Made by a program: the position numbers and the translations under genes
The notes under the pieces: model-generated
Database searches by the model: none
What the model saw: the letters and a program-made list of their open reading frames with translations, nothing else
What the model was told of the DNA's origin: nothing
DNA from: Cycas panzhihuaensis
Lineage: Eukaryota > Plantae > Cycadophyta
DNA length: 64,000 nucleotides
Assembly (NCBI GenBank): GCA_023213395.1
Contig: CM041465.1
Coordinates: forward strand, 79,925,741 to 79,989,740
Direction of reading: 5' to 3'
In this document: piece after piece, positions 13,631 through 26,569 of the stretch
How the letters are laid out: every line of letters begins with the position of its first letter
How positions within the stretch are numbered: position 1 is the stretch's first letter

Positions 13631-14480
13631 TGGTCTGCTAAGTGTTTTGGTCCCAATGGGAGGAGGTTTAAACACTTGACATTTTTGGATTTGGCATATA
13701 ATTTTGTTTGTTTATTCTAGTCATTTTTAATGATATATGCCTAGTCTACTAGTAATATTGGTAGAGCACCTTTACTAAAATGCTAGGCCCCCAACATTAT
13801 AAATATTATTGGTCCAACTTTGGGTATCGAAGCATTGAAGTACATTAGCTATCCTACCTAAGTTTTATCTAAGTCCTCAAAAAGTGATTCTATTAATGTT
13901 GATGAAAATAGTGTTTTATAGGATGAAATATACTTTGCTTGGATACATATGCACTTTTATTGTTGCTACCAGTGTATTTGCATTTGCATTTTTTAAGATT
14001 AGTTTGAAGACTATAAGCAAGCTTGCACATCCAAATGCATCATTGGGTTATGGTCTATGTCTTCTCAATTTCACATTGCATGGATTCACGAATGTAACTC
14101 AGGATGCTATAACAAAAAGGTATCCCAAAACAAATGCATGGGGTTTCATGCTAGGGATGAGTCTTTGGGGGAAAATCTACTCCACCCTTTATATGTTTGG
14201 ATGGTTGGGTGATGGTGGTTTTGAAGCAATGCAATTCTATAAGCTACACCCAAAATATGCATGGGATGTTTTGTTGTTCTACCTTTTTAGGGACATAATA
14301 CATAATTTCATTTGTATGACTATAAGTCAATTTGGTTCTTTGGTAAATACCATCATAACCACCACTCAAACATTTGTGATCATTATTGAATCATCATTAA
14401 CGAGTGGCAAACCGTTGTTGTTCATGTGATGGACTAGTTTATTCATGGTGTTTGGTTGGTCATTGTATCAAATCTTCAAG
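13631..14480 (+). pseudogene. UTR3: Intronless retrocopy of UDP-galactose/UDP-glucose transporter (UTr1/UTr3, SLC35B1 family)
   Basis: SAKCFGPNGRRFKHLTFLDLA; IGPTLGIEALKYISYP; ORF 13884-14429 KTISKLAHPNASLGYGLC..FTNVTQDAITKRYPKTNAW..LHPKYAWD..FGSLVNTIITTT; MVFGWSLYQI. Contiguous, with stops. UTr1 versus UTr3 orthology not resolved. Confidence 0.92.
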
Positions 14481-16562
14481 CAAAGCTACCTAAGCAAAAT
14501 TTGAGGGCCATTATTTGAAGATTTTACTAGCATTGTGTAATAACAACTTCTTAAGCCATTAGCATGTTAAATTGACAAATGGGGAGGGCAATAAAGTGTT
14601 TTGAGAATATTTATTCTAGAACATCTATAATGGGAAATGATAGCATTGATGTAATCCTAAGACACACCATGGAACCTACCTTTCCCCTTATCTGGGTTTA
14701 GTATACATTGTACATGGAGTTAATTGATAGCCAAAGTGATGAATTGGTGAGTTTAAGTAAGGTGTAACAATAGCAATAGTCATAATGAAGATATGAGTTT
14801 GAAGGGGATTGCTCAATGGGAACAACTAGGCTCTTCAACATTTATCAATTAGTTTTTGGATCAAGGTTGTGGTTTGTTATCGTTAATAGCTCTGAGTACC
14901 TTAGTCAATCAATCAAACTTTGTTTTCCCTAGTATGGTCTTTCCCACAATTCACTTTCTACACTAGTGAAGGTACATGGTCATCGGATTGAATGATGCTT
15001 GATGAAATTGAATATCTTTTCACATTAGTGACATCTCATGAGCAAACAATTATTGCAAGAGTTAATTCCATGTGTTCTCACATTTAGAAAGATGGTCATG
15101 CACTGTATGAATCGTTGTTTATTACAAAATTTGAACACTCAAGTATAGGTTATGTTTCAAGAAAAGCTATCCAAGTAGAAGATGATGCTAGAAAATATTT
15201 CTAACAACTATTGCCATTGCAATCAAAGATGCAAAAATGCCACACGGTATACCTAAGGGTGTGAAAATGGTTTATTTTAAGGGTCCCAGAAGGTAGTTAT
15301 AGTTGGTTAGTGGTTATAGTTAGTTGGTAGTTCATAGTCAATTGGAAGATAGTTGCATATACCTTCTTATAACACATATAACAATCATTCTTCTCCTTAG
15401 GTACTTGTCCTTAGCTTCTCTTAACTTCATCATCCTTCTTTTTGCCTTGTTTCCTATTTTTGTTCATCCCTCCCTAAGTCACTTCCTCCTTCTTTCAAGC
15501 TACAAAGTGGGAGACAATTTTTTATAAAATGGTTTAGTACCTCCTCGATTGCTCAATCTAGATCATCTTTGGGTTCTTGTTTCGAGTTTTGATGTATTTT
15601 TAAAGAAGTGCTAATTATAGCTACTTTCATGCGTATGTGCTTATCAAACTTGCTATGTAATAAACTTCTATTATTCTATTTATATGTGTTTAATGAAAGC
15701 AAGTATTATAGATTTATGATGGCAACCAAACTCTCTTGCCCCCCTTTGTATTTGTGGTTTTTTCATACTCCTTTTCCATTTTTTCCTTTTATTATCAATA
15801 ATTTCATTCTCTTTTAATTTTACTAGTGATGATGATGTTGTACCCTATGATGCATGTAATATATGTATCATGTCTATTTGATAGCTTCTACCTTGTGTTT
15901 TAGCAACTGGTTATTGGGAATTCAGCCCTCATTGCTTGAGTAGGCGCTTACTCATTTCTTTAGCTTTCCTAACTTTAGAATGTTTTGCAAACCGGTTCTT
16001 TACTTTCTAAATCATATATTTGGAGAAACAAAAAAATTCAGTCTAACACTTCTCTTACACAATAGGTCATTATGACCTCATTATGCCCATACCAATAGCC
16101 TTCACACTATTTAAGACTCCATCTAATTATTTGTCCTATATTCCCTTGTCAGAAAAATGCTAAGTATAATTGAGATTATGGACCTACCATTAACATCCTT
16201 GCATCCTAGTTATTTAGGTACACCACATGCATAAGCATTTGTCTACTAGATCAATTTTAAGAATAGTTTCATTATAGGCTTGGGATCTCAACTTCATAGC
16301 TTACCTAATCCATATGTGTCTATCATATTAAGGGTAATACATTTGCAAATGGGTTCTATTGAAACACCTTCAAGCAAATAATTGATATATTTATATGATA
16401 CTTAGTGTGTATGATTTTTCCAACTATTAGAGGACTTCAACATGGGTATAATGCTTGAGATCTTTATATCAATAAATCTTTGCTTACCTCTATTTATTGC
16501 TTCAAAAAAAAAATCAAGGTGTTTAATAATCAAATCTTGGCCACTGATGATCATTCCATCAT

Positions 16563-17011
16563 CTCTGATACTAAATGTTAGAAATACAATCGCACTTTAA
16601 TAACATGATAGAAAATTGCATAAATTCTCATATATTATTAAAAATATTATATAAAAATCTATGAAGTCGTGATAAAGAAAGAAACATGTACCGAAATAAA
16701 CTACAAAAGAATGGTGGAAGAATGATCAATCTTTATCTATTGCATTAGATAAGGTATACATTTATAGATACGGTCCACCTTATAATAGTCTAATGATATT
16801 AGAGAACCTCCAACATAATATAAAATACAAGCCTAATAAAACAATTCGTTAAATGTGTGGGTGCATTTTAATAAACATACATTTTAATAATGGTCACAAA
16901 TTAATGATCTATATAAGTGTACTCCTCCTTAAGATGATTATGTACAACATTTAAAACACAATTATTATAATAATCATGGATTAACCATAGATAAAACATT
17001 ATTCTCTAATA
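16563..17011 (-). mobile_element. LTR with tRNA-Met PBS (partner LTR not identified)
   Basis: ctctgatacta-aa-TGTTAGA at 16563-16582; inverted terminus tctctaata ending at 17011. Confidence 0.5.
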
Positions 17012-17969
17012 ATAAATGTAGATAACCTATTAAAATCTTTGAAGCTTAATTTTATCCATGTCTTAAGGGCGAAGTGTTTCAAGTAAGGGAAGCATTTAAT
17101 ATAGATAATTAGGAGTTGATGACACATATTAAATAGGGTTTTATATTATTAAGCATTAGTATGTAAAGGCCTGGATTAGGTTAATCTATAAAGGTAATGT
17201 GTTAGCATGTGTCATAACCTTAAGAAATTAAATAATCTTGGTTTTGTTCTTTAGGCATAAGGAAATATGTACTTTATTATATAGACATAAGGAGAATTTA
17301 GTATATATAGCCTCTAGTCTTTTATATTAAAAAAAACATTAGGGAATTATTGTCTTTAAGAGAATTCTTTTTCATCTTTTCTTCTCTTCTTTGAAGATAT
17401 GTTGAAAGTTCTTTGAATCTATTATTGTATATTCTGCTTGTTTTTACTATTACTATTGTTTTATATAATAATCCAATTACGATTTTTTACATTAGTAATT
17501 TATTTTCTTGATAGAAAACAAAGTATCTAACTTGTTGTTATTTAGACATACACTTTAAATTTATCCAAATCCCAAAAAGCCTTAATAATGAGCACACATA
17601 ATCACCTTTTTTTATAAGCCTCAACTATTTATGTTTATTAGGAATAATGTTTACTTTAGGCATTTAGTATTTATTGAGGTGTATTTGTTCGTACATATGT
17701 GTCTATAGGGCTAACATTTTAGTTTTGCAACTCGTATTATCTTAGTAACTCCTCTTCTATTCCTAGTATTTCTCTTTATAACCACCAATATCACTTATGT
17801 ATAAAATTATATCATATCTATTTATATTGATTAATGAAAATTTGAGAGCTTATTGAGAATTTGATTAAATACTTAAGTACTTTGAAATTGTTGCTAATTG
17901 TGTCTTTATTATGTCATTACTCTATCAAAACTTTAATTATTTATGGGTTTTATAGTCAACTTTCTAACA

Positions 17970-20900
17970 TGGTATTAGAATAGTGAAGTTCCTTTAGTCA
18001 TGAAGACTGATGAGGGTGAATACTTATAACTTATGTCTTTAAGAGTGTGGCACTTTTTGACCTCAATTGACACCTATTTTCTCAATAGTTTGAAGCTAAA
18101 GAATGGAGACAAAGATAAGATGGTAAATTCTATCAGTGGATAATGCAAAATTCATGAATATTTGTATGTAATATCCTTTCATTTATTTTTGTTTACTATT
18201 TGAAGATCATTGTGCTACTTTCAACAACATTGAGCATAGTTTTCTATATTTTAAGGCTTGTTTTTTGAGATTGATTTGGTTTGTAAGGCTATTATATGCC
18301 TCAAAACTCTATTAAGCTTCTATATGCAGGTTTGCTTTATGTTTTTACTAAGTAGAAACTTAGTTGTGCACTTAGTTTTTAAGTTAAGCATCGCTTTAAG
18401 TTATGGTAACTTGTTAGCCATTTTTGAGCTCACTTCTCACTTATTTCTTGTGTTCTGAAGCTACAAATATATCATTAATAATAGGTAGAAGGTTTGGCAA
18501 GAGGAGGCAACTTTGTTATGAGCTTTTTGAAGCCAAAATAGTGTTGAATAATTTAGTGGGAAATGACACTTCTTTGGGTAATTCATTTTGTTTTTTCAAA
18601 TGTTTAAATGAAATTCAAGCATTTCAAAGAGGTGTTTAATATCTGCTTCTTTAGGATCTTAGCAACTAGTTTTGTAGTAATTACCTATGAGCCTACTATA
18701 ATAAAAAGGTACTAAATCCTTCAAGACTGGTTTCTTAATTAAAAGACTAGTTTCTTAATTGAACATGTTAATTTGTGCATTTCATATCCATGTTTATTAA
18801 AAAAAACATTAAAATTTTATTTTAAAAAGCCTTTTCATAGTTTTTTTGCACATAATTACCATTTCTAGCTCCTTATGAGATTACTAATAGCATTAACATT
18901 TTTGGTTCCTTGCATGGTGTCCAAGTTTACACAAAATTTATTTTAAATTGGCTCCCTATGTGGTGACTAATACATATTTATTATTTTATTAAATGATAGG
19001 TGTAAGCATCTCCGGGTTTATATTATTAGATGCCCATAAGATGAAAAGGTAGAACTATGCACTTTGGAAATTTAGGATTTCTAACATTTTAGCACTAAAG
19101 AAACTAATAAAAATAGTTGATGGCGTAAGAGCACTCAAGATCAACTTGAGGGATTCCAATAGAAGGACAAAGAAACTTTGGCATTTATTGGGATGTCTAT
19201 TTTACATGAATTTATTATGTATGTACAAGGGACAACTGCATCCCAAGAGACTTGAAAAATTCTATAATAGTTGTGTGAATTAAAAAATGAGACCCTTGTT
19301 TTATGCCTTGCAAATCAATTGTGTTCCCTTAAGATAAGACCTATAATATTTGTAACTTTACACCTCAAAAAATTAAAAGAGATCATATATTAGTTGGTAG
19401 TTATAGGAGAGAAGGTCAATAATAGGGAATAAGTGTCCATCACCCTAAATAGTTTTCATTGGGGATTTCATGTGTTTATAATAAATTTAAGTGTAACAGA
19501 GAGAACTCTGTCAATATCATTTGTAAAATTGTGTGGGTTGCTCCTACATGGGGAGCAACACATACTTTTCTATGATATTAGAGATGATGTAGCACTAAAA
19601 GTGAAAGCTAAGGATAAGTAGACATAGAAAATACACACTTAACAATGCTCTTATACCTTGCCTTATTTTTATATGGTAAAAATAAATCCAAACATGAAAA
19701 CATTTAACATTAGCTCTAGAAACAACATTATCAACAACAACAAAAGAAACTCTTTTGCTTTTATTATAGTAAATACTATTATATTATTAAAAACTATTGT
19801 AAAAAGAAAGATAATAAGAGTAAGAAGAAAATATTAGGAAACTTTTCTTTTGAAGAAGATAAGGAAGTCCATATAATTTTCATGGATAATGCCTAAGATG
19901 AAAGAGGAAGGAACTTGGTTGATTGATTTAGGGGCAACGGAATACATATCCTTTAGACATAAATGGTTTAAAGACATTTGTAATTATAATGATATGGACT
20001 TGCTAGAGGATAACAAGTATCAAGTTGAAGGATAAGACAGTGTCATTTTCAAGACAAGTAAGGGATTTAATAGAATAAAAAATGTTTTGTATGCTTCCAC
20101 ATTAAAAAGTAACATGTTATCTATCAATTATATAATTAAAATAGACCTCAAGGCTGAATTTGACATAAATAACTCTAAGATCATGGATGGTGATAGTGTT
20201 ATTTCTTAAGGAAGAGAAGGTGATTGCTTATATAAGTTATCCTATATACTTGAGGATGACTTCGCCATCAACGACACAAGCAATCATTTGTGGCATAGCT
20301 AATATAATCATCTCAATTATTTTGACTTCAAGCTACTTAGAATATTAAACATAGAAAATGGATTACCATTAGTGTAGAACAACAATGGAAGTTTTAAAGT
20401 TTATGCACTTAGCAATCAACATAGGAAAAAAATTATGAAGAGTTAATGGAGAGGAAGGGAGAAGCTAGAGTTAGTCCGTAGTAACTTCTGTAAACTACTT
20501 TTCATAGAATCATTTATAAGTGCTTATTACTTCATGACCTTTATTGGCAACTTTATTAAGAAGATATGAATATATCTCCTAAAGCATAAGTCCCAAGATT
20601 TTTATATATTTAAGCAATTCAAGGCTAAATAAAACAACCTCTTAATATCGAAAATCAAAACGTTGAGAAGTGATAGTGATGGAAAGTATAAATTTAAAGA
20701 GTTTATGTAGTTTTACAAGGAGGTAGGTATCATGAGACAATTCATGACTACTTATATATTATAATAAAATGATACAACAGAAAGGAAAAATATAACTATA
20801 GTAGATATAGCCTAATGCATGATAAAAGTAAAAAAGTATCTCTCTTGGTTATTAGGGTGAAACAATCACCATTACAATATACTTGTTAAATAAAAGTCCT

Positions 20901-21615
20901 ACCAAAGTAGTTAAGGCCATGACACCTAAGAAAGTTTGGATTTGATGGAAACCATTTGTGAGTCATCTTTGTGTTTTTGGAAGCACCACCTATACCCATA
21001 TTCTAGAACAAAGTAGGAAGAAGGTGGATGACAAAAGTAGAAACTATGTACTTAAGGGTTTTATTAAGAATTCCAAATCCTATAGATTTTTTGATTTCAC
21101 AAAAAAAGAGATTGTGATCAACATATCTATTACATTTGATGAACATGATTACAAAGATGATAAAATTGAAGTTAAAGATGAAATTATAAGTTCAAGTGTA
21201 GGTATAAATGTTGATATACCTAAATCAAGTCCTAAGGGTTAAAATATAGGTGTACAAAGTCTAAGGTCTCTAAGTCCATCACTTACATAATCATTACATG
21301 GGTTTTCACACAAATTGCATAAGTGGTATAAATAAAGCATTAGAGATTCATCAATTGGAGAGATAAATATTAATGAATAGGTGAAGACCAAATCACAAAA
21401 TAAACAGAAGACTCACTTTTCTTTTATGTCTAATATGTTAAGCTTATAAGAGTTAAATTTATTTACAAAGCAAAGGATAAAGTTGAATGGAAGAATGCTA
21501 TTGAGAAGGAATATAAGGGGGCTTAGTAAATCTTTTGATTGATGAAAAACTAATTGGTCATAGATGGGTCTATAAAATTAAGTTTCATCTTAATGGATCA
21601 ATTAACAAGTACTAT
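17970..21615 (+). mobile_element. Decayed Copia internal region (gag, protease, integrase, truncated RT)
   Basis: ctaaCA then TGGTATTAGAA PBS at 17970; NYALWKFRI about 19050; WLIDLGATEYI 19917; LWH..HLN 20290; IKTLRSDSDGKY about 20655; HLCVFGSTTYTHI 20958-21242; IGHRWVYKIK about 21553, after which the element is cut off. Confidence 0.9.
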
Positions 21616-21645
21616 TGACATGTGATGTCAGTATTATTATCAATA

Positions 21646-21646
<1 letters not shown>

Positions 21647-21683
<37 letters not shown>
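21647..21683. repeat. (TA)n microsatellite
   Basis: Seen directly. Confidence 0.9.
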
Positions 21684-21686
<3 letters not shown>

Positions 21687-21689
21687 CTT

Positions 21690-21820
21690 GTAAATAATCT
21701 GAGTATAGATAATTCATAAAAGGGGTTTCCACATAAATATATATTTGTTGTATTTTATTTTTATAATTTATTTGCTTCATTCATAATCCTGTATGCAAGA
21801 TTCTACATGATATCAAAGTA
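21690..21820 (+). mobile_element. LTR U5 end plus degenerate PBS
   Basis: ggggtttccacat motif, then ttctaCA followed by tgatatcaaag (decayed TGGTATCAGAG). Confidence 0.45.
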
Positions 21821-23398
21821 ATGTTCATTCCCAATTAAGCTAGGTTGATTGTGTATGATTTCATAGCCAACGAGGTCATCAAGAAAGAACCTCAAAGGTA
21901 CATTTCATGACAGACATGCGAAGTAGTAAAAGAAAGTAACAAACATTATAGGTAATAGTATGCTAAATATTAGAGACACTAGCATGTTGAAATCTATGAA
22001 CCCCAATAAATAGAGCCTTAGAAATTTCCAATGTAGAAGATTATAATTTTACCCATTGTAGAAAAGTGGTGGAGGTCTTGTAGGGAGGTGAAAACTTTGT
22101 ATCATTATGTAAATACTACTATAGATGGAAAGGCCTTCTCTACAATGAGTAGTTTATGAGATACTGGCATGCATATTGCCCTTCAAGATAGAGATCTAGA
22201 GTATAAACTAGGTGCTATGATGTTTATATATATTTGGCACTTGTATTTGATAGAGGGACAAAAGAATGAAGTACTAGCCATCATTTTCCTATGTTTCATA
22301 TAATATTTAAAATATAATGCATTATCATGCATGTGAAAGTTATGATATTTTTAGTCAAAGTCTTTGAGCTTGGTGAAATGTAACAATTTAATGGTTTTAT
22401 TTTTCTATAGTTTTGTTTGTTATATTTCATTCCTAAATATTTGCAATCCAAAAAGAAAATTAGTGTTGGGGGAAATGTGGGTCCTGTTAAAACATCTAAC
22501 AACACCTTATTGTATTATATTTTATATGTATTATGTACCTATTGTAACATAGGGTGAGACCCCCTTTGTAAATTAAATTATAATTTGTATTATGGTTGGG
22601 TCTGCCTATTTGTCACTTAGTTAGCCAATCAGATTATTTATATTTGAGCTTTGTATGCTTATAAATTAAGCATGATCTCTCTCATTTGTATATTGACTTT
22701 TGATATACACAGAAGCTTTGCCAAAATTCAATCACACAGTGTAAACAATTTATCCGTAGCACCTTCATGCAATCAATTTACAGTGTTGTAGTGTATTAAT
22801 CTTTATTTTCTAATTTATTATTTGCATGCATATAAATTTATGATCTTGTTAATTAATTTGGCATGGTATTAGAGCTAGTTATGTGTATTTTATCTAGTTA
22901 TTTGTGAGTTTGGCTGAGAAATGGTGGCTCGCTCGTCAATAACAACACCCTGTTTACCTTAGTTTCTGCAGTTTTTTGCTTAGTTTTAGAGTTTTTTAAT
23001 ATATCTAATATGTTGAAGTCATTATGTGATGCATCTATCACCATTTATAGCTTGACTAACTAATAGAAATCCTTTGTCCTCACTACTACAGTTTCATACA
23101 AAAATAATATGTCGTCTCTGTTGTTCTCCATCATTCAATCTCCATTTCAACATTTTCATCGATCGTGCATGTTGAATCTTGCTACCCGATAATTGATCTC
23201 CTTCCAGACTACTCTGAGGCTCTTCCTATAGTCCTCTAAGCAATTTTCACTCGATTTAATTAAGTTTTGGTTCATTTTTAGTTGTGGCTCCTCTTCACCT
23301 ATCATCACCCATTTTCCACTCATTGGAACTTTGTTCAGCCTTGTGTGACCTCATGTAGCCCTAGATCTAGTGGATATCAGTCATCTAGAAGAAAAATG

Positions 23399-24025
<627 letters not shown>

Positions 24026-24107
24026 AACATAGTTGGAGCTTGATTTAATCTAATTTGGATTTGTTTTATATTTATGGGAGGTGTTTTTCTAATAACCATT
24101 AGTCATA

Positions 24108-25316
24108 TGTGCTTCCCTCATGACTGGCGGCTTAATCTAAAAAAGGGATGGACTTCAAATTTCCATAAGCTCTATTAAATATTTTCTTCAAATTCAAAAA
24201 GTTTATTTGTTATTAGATAGTGATTTCAAATCTGCTAGCCCCTTAGTTGCCCAATAGTTAGTTATATAATGACCTATTGAGATCTGGGGATAATCATTGA
24301 AGGGGGCTTAAGACAAATCTCTACTATTTCACCTTCATAAAGAGTTCACTGCACTGTTTTAGATATAACTTTTCAATGAGTGGTTCGTTTTATGCACCAT
24401 TAAAACCGTTGGAATCTAAACTCAAATCTCTACAATTTAGAGCTAGGTTTAGTTACTTTTGAATAGATCTTCAAGGGTTTATAAGTAGAAAAAACATACC
24501 CTTTTATTTGATCTATTATAAGTCCTTTTCCACTAATTAAAGGTTTGTTTTTTAGTTTGAAAGGCTTTTAATAGCTGAATGCTATTTATTTATGCTTGAT
24601 TTACTATCCTATCTAGTTCTTTGCTAACTTGTGCTTGTGAATTATGGTTGTAGATGCACTTCTTATGTGAAGGAGGTTGATCTCACCTTTGAACCAAGCA
24701 CTTTAAAAGAGAACTCTAAACACTTTCATTTCTTTTAATTTATTATTTTTTTAGTCTCCTTGCTTTTATTTCATAAAAGGAACCCTCTTTCTAAATAAGA
24801 ACACATTTTAAAATCAATTTCAACTCAAAAAATAAAAAAAGATAACTCTTAATTTAAAATACAACTTTACTAACCTTGCAAGGGGAATGATTAGGACCCT
24901 TGAAGTTACCACTTTGCACACGCTGGTGGTTCTTCTCAAATTCTATGGATATTAAAGAAACCCACTAGTTATAAGGTGTATTAAGTGATAGTTTAAGGTA
25001 TTAAACCCTACCTTAGAGTTTGGAGATCAGGCTAGACCTGGAGAGGGTGAGTGCCTTGGTTTATAATTCTCAACCAGATCTATCGCTAAGCATAAGTCTG
25101 ACAAAGGTGGATCAATAAATCAAGGGTATCTTTAACCTTCTTAGCAACCCATGTACTAAGGTATATAGAGCTTAGAGCTCATGTATTAGTATATAGAATC
25201 CCTAATTTATTGCTTGTTGGTAGGTACCATTAGACATAATAGTAACCGAGGGCTTCCTTAAGACCCTTAAACTTAACATTCTAGTTTAACGGCCCCCTCA
25301 AGTAGATAGGACACCA
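24108..25316 (+). mobile_element. Probable Gypsy (Ogre/Tat-like) LTR sequence within the Copia leader
   Basis: TGT start, CA end and LTR-like composition; no convincing TSD. Confidence 0.3.
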
Positions 25317-26569
25317 AAATGACACTTTAAAATGACAATACAAATGCTTTTATCCAACACCATTAAACTTAAAAGAATAAATAATTTCATAGCTTGGAAG
25401 AAATAAATAAAAAACCTCCTAATAATGAATGGATTTTGGGCTTATGCTAATGAGGATATACCTCTACCCATGCCCACTAAGGACCCAATTGATCTCACCA
25501 TAGAGATTCTACTAGAACTAGTTACCCTAGTAGTTTTTAAAGCTAAGTATAATGCTACCCTTTCATTCCTCTATTTGGATGTAGAAGACTAAGAGGATCA
25601 AAACATTGAAACAACCCAAACCTCCTATGAAGCTTGGAGCATCATATACTCTCTTTATGAGAGGAAAGATAACTCTAGGTCCCTAACCTTAAAAGCATGC
25701 CTCTTTGGTATACCCTTTATTGGAACCATAACAACCCACCTAACTAAAGTTAAAACAATTAGAAACCAACTTATCATCCTTGGTAAACCTCCATCTAATT
25801 ATGACCTTGTGTTTAGTATTCTCAACATCCTTCCTATAGAATATAATAGTTTTGTATCTATACTTTATGATACCTTTACCAAAATGGACTTCAACATCTT
25901 TAAAGGACTCTTGCTCAGGGAGGAGAACATGCTAAATCACCAAGGAGTGACATCCACTTCTGACTCCTCCCTTTCATTTGCAACCAGGAATTCAAAAAGG
26001 AATAAGCCACCTCAATAGCCAAGCCAGTAGCCAACTCATTAATAACCCCTTACTCATTAGTTTAGCTCTTTGAACATCTCATAATAGCCATGTTAGTAAC
26101 CAACTCATGAGTAATTTCATATTCAATAGTTTAGTACTTCCTCTCAACAACTTCAACAAATACACTATCTACAATAACTATAATAATCCCAACCTCCAAG
26201 GAATCAACAACTTAGACAAAATATTAATTGCATATATTGTGGCAAAAATGGGCACCTAACAGTTGATTGTAGAAGAAGTTAGGTTGATTTTCAAATCCTT
26301 TAGAACCAAGGTGGACATCAAGGAGGCCAATACTTCCAATAGAATTGGAACTAGAGGCAAAACCAAAACTAGAGCCAATCAAATAGGAAAATGTTCCAAC
26401 TAAGAAACCTAAGGAACAATCAAGGTTAATAGAGAGAATCGAGGATAATGAAAATAATCATCAATTGGTGATATATGACTAAAAAGGAAATCCTTAAGTA
26501 ATAAGCTAACAAATAAAAGTATGATCTAAACTAATGGCTAAGTACTCAAAGCTGATGAAGATGCTTCTC

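Noticed and set aside
13884-14429. 181-aa ORF as a functional transporter gene
   Set aside because: Flanking parts of the same CDS carry stops and frameshifts, conserved residues are altered and there are no introns; it is a retro-pseudogene.
16042-16575. TRIM bounded by tctaaca+PPT at 16048 and the LTR at 16576
   Set aside because: Sequence left of 16048 does not convincingly match 16576-17011.
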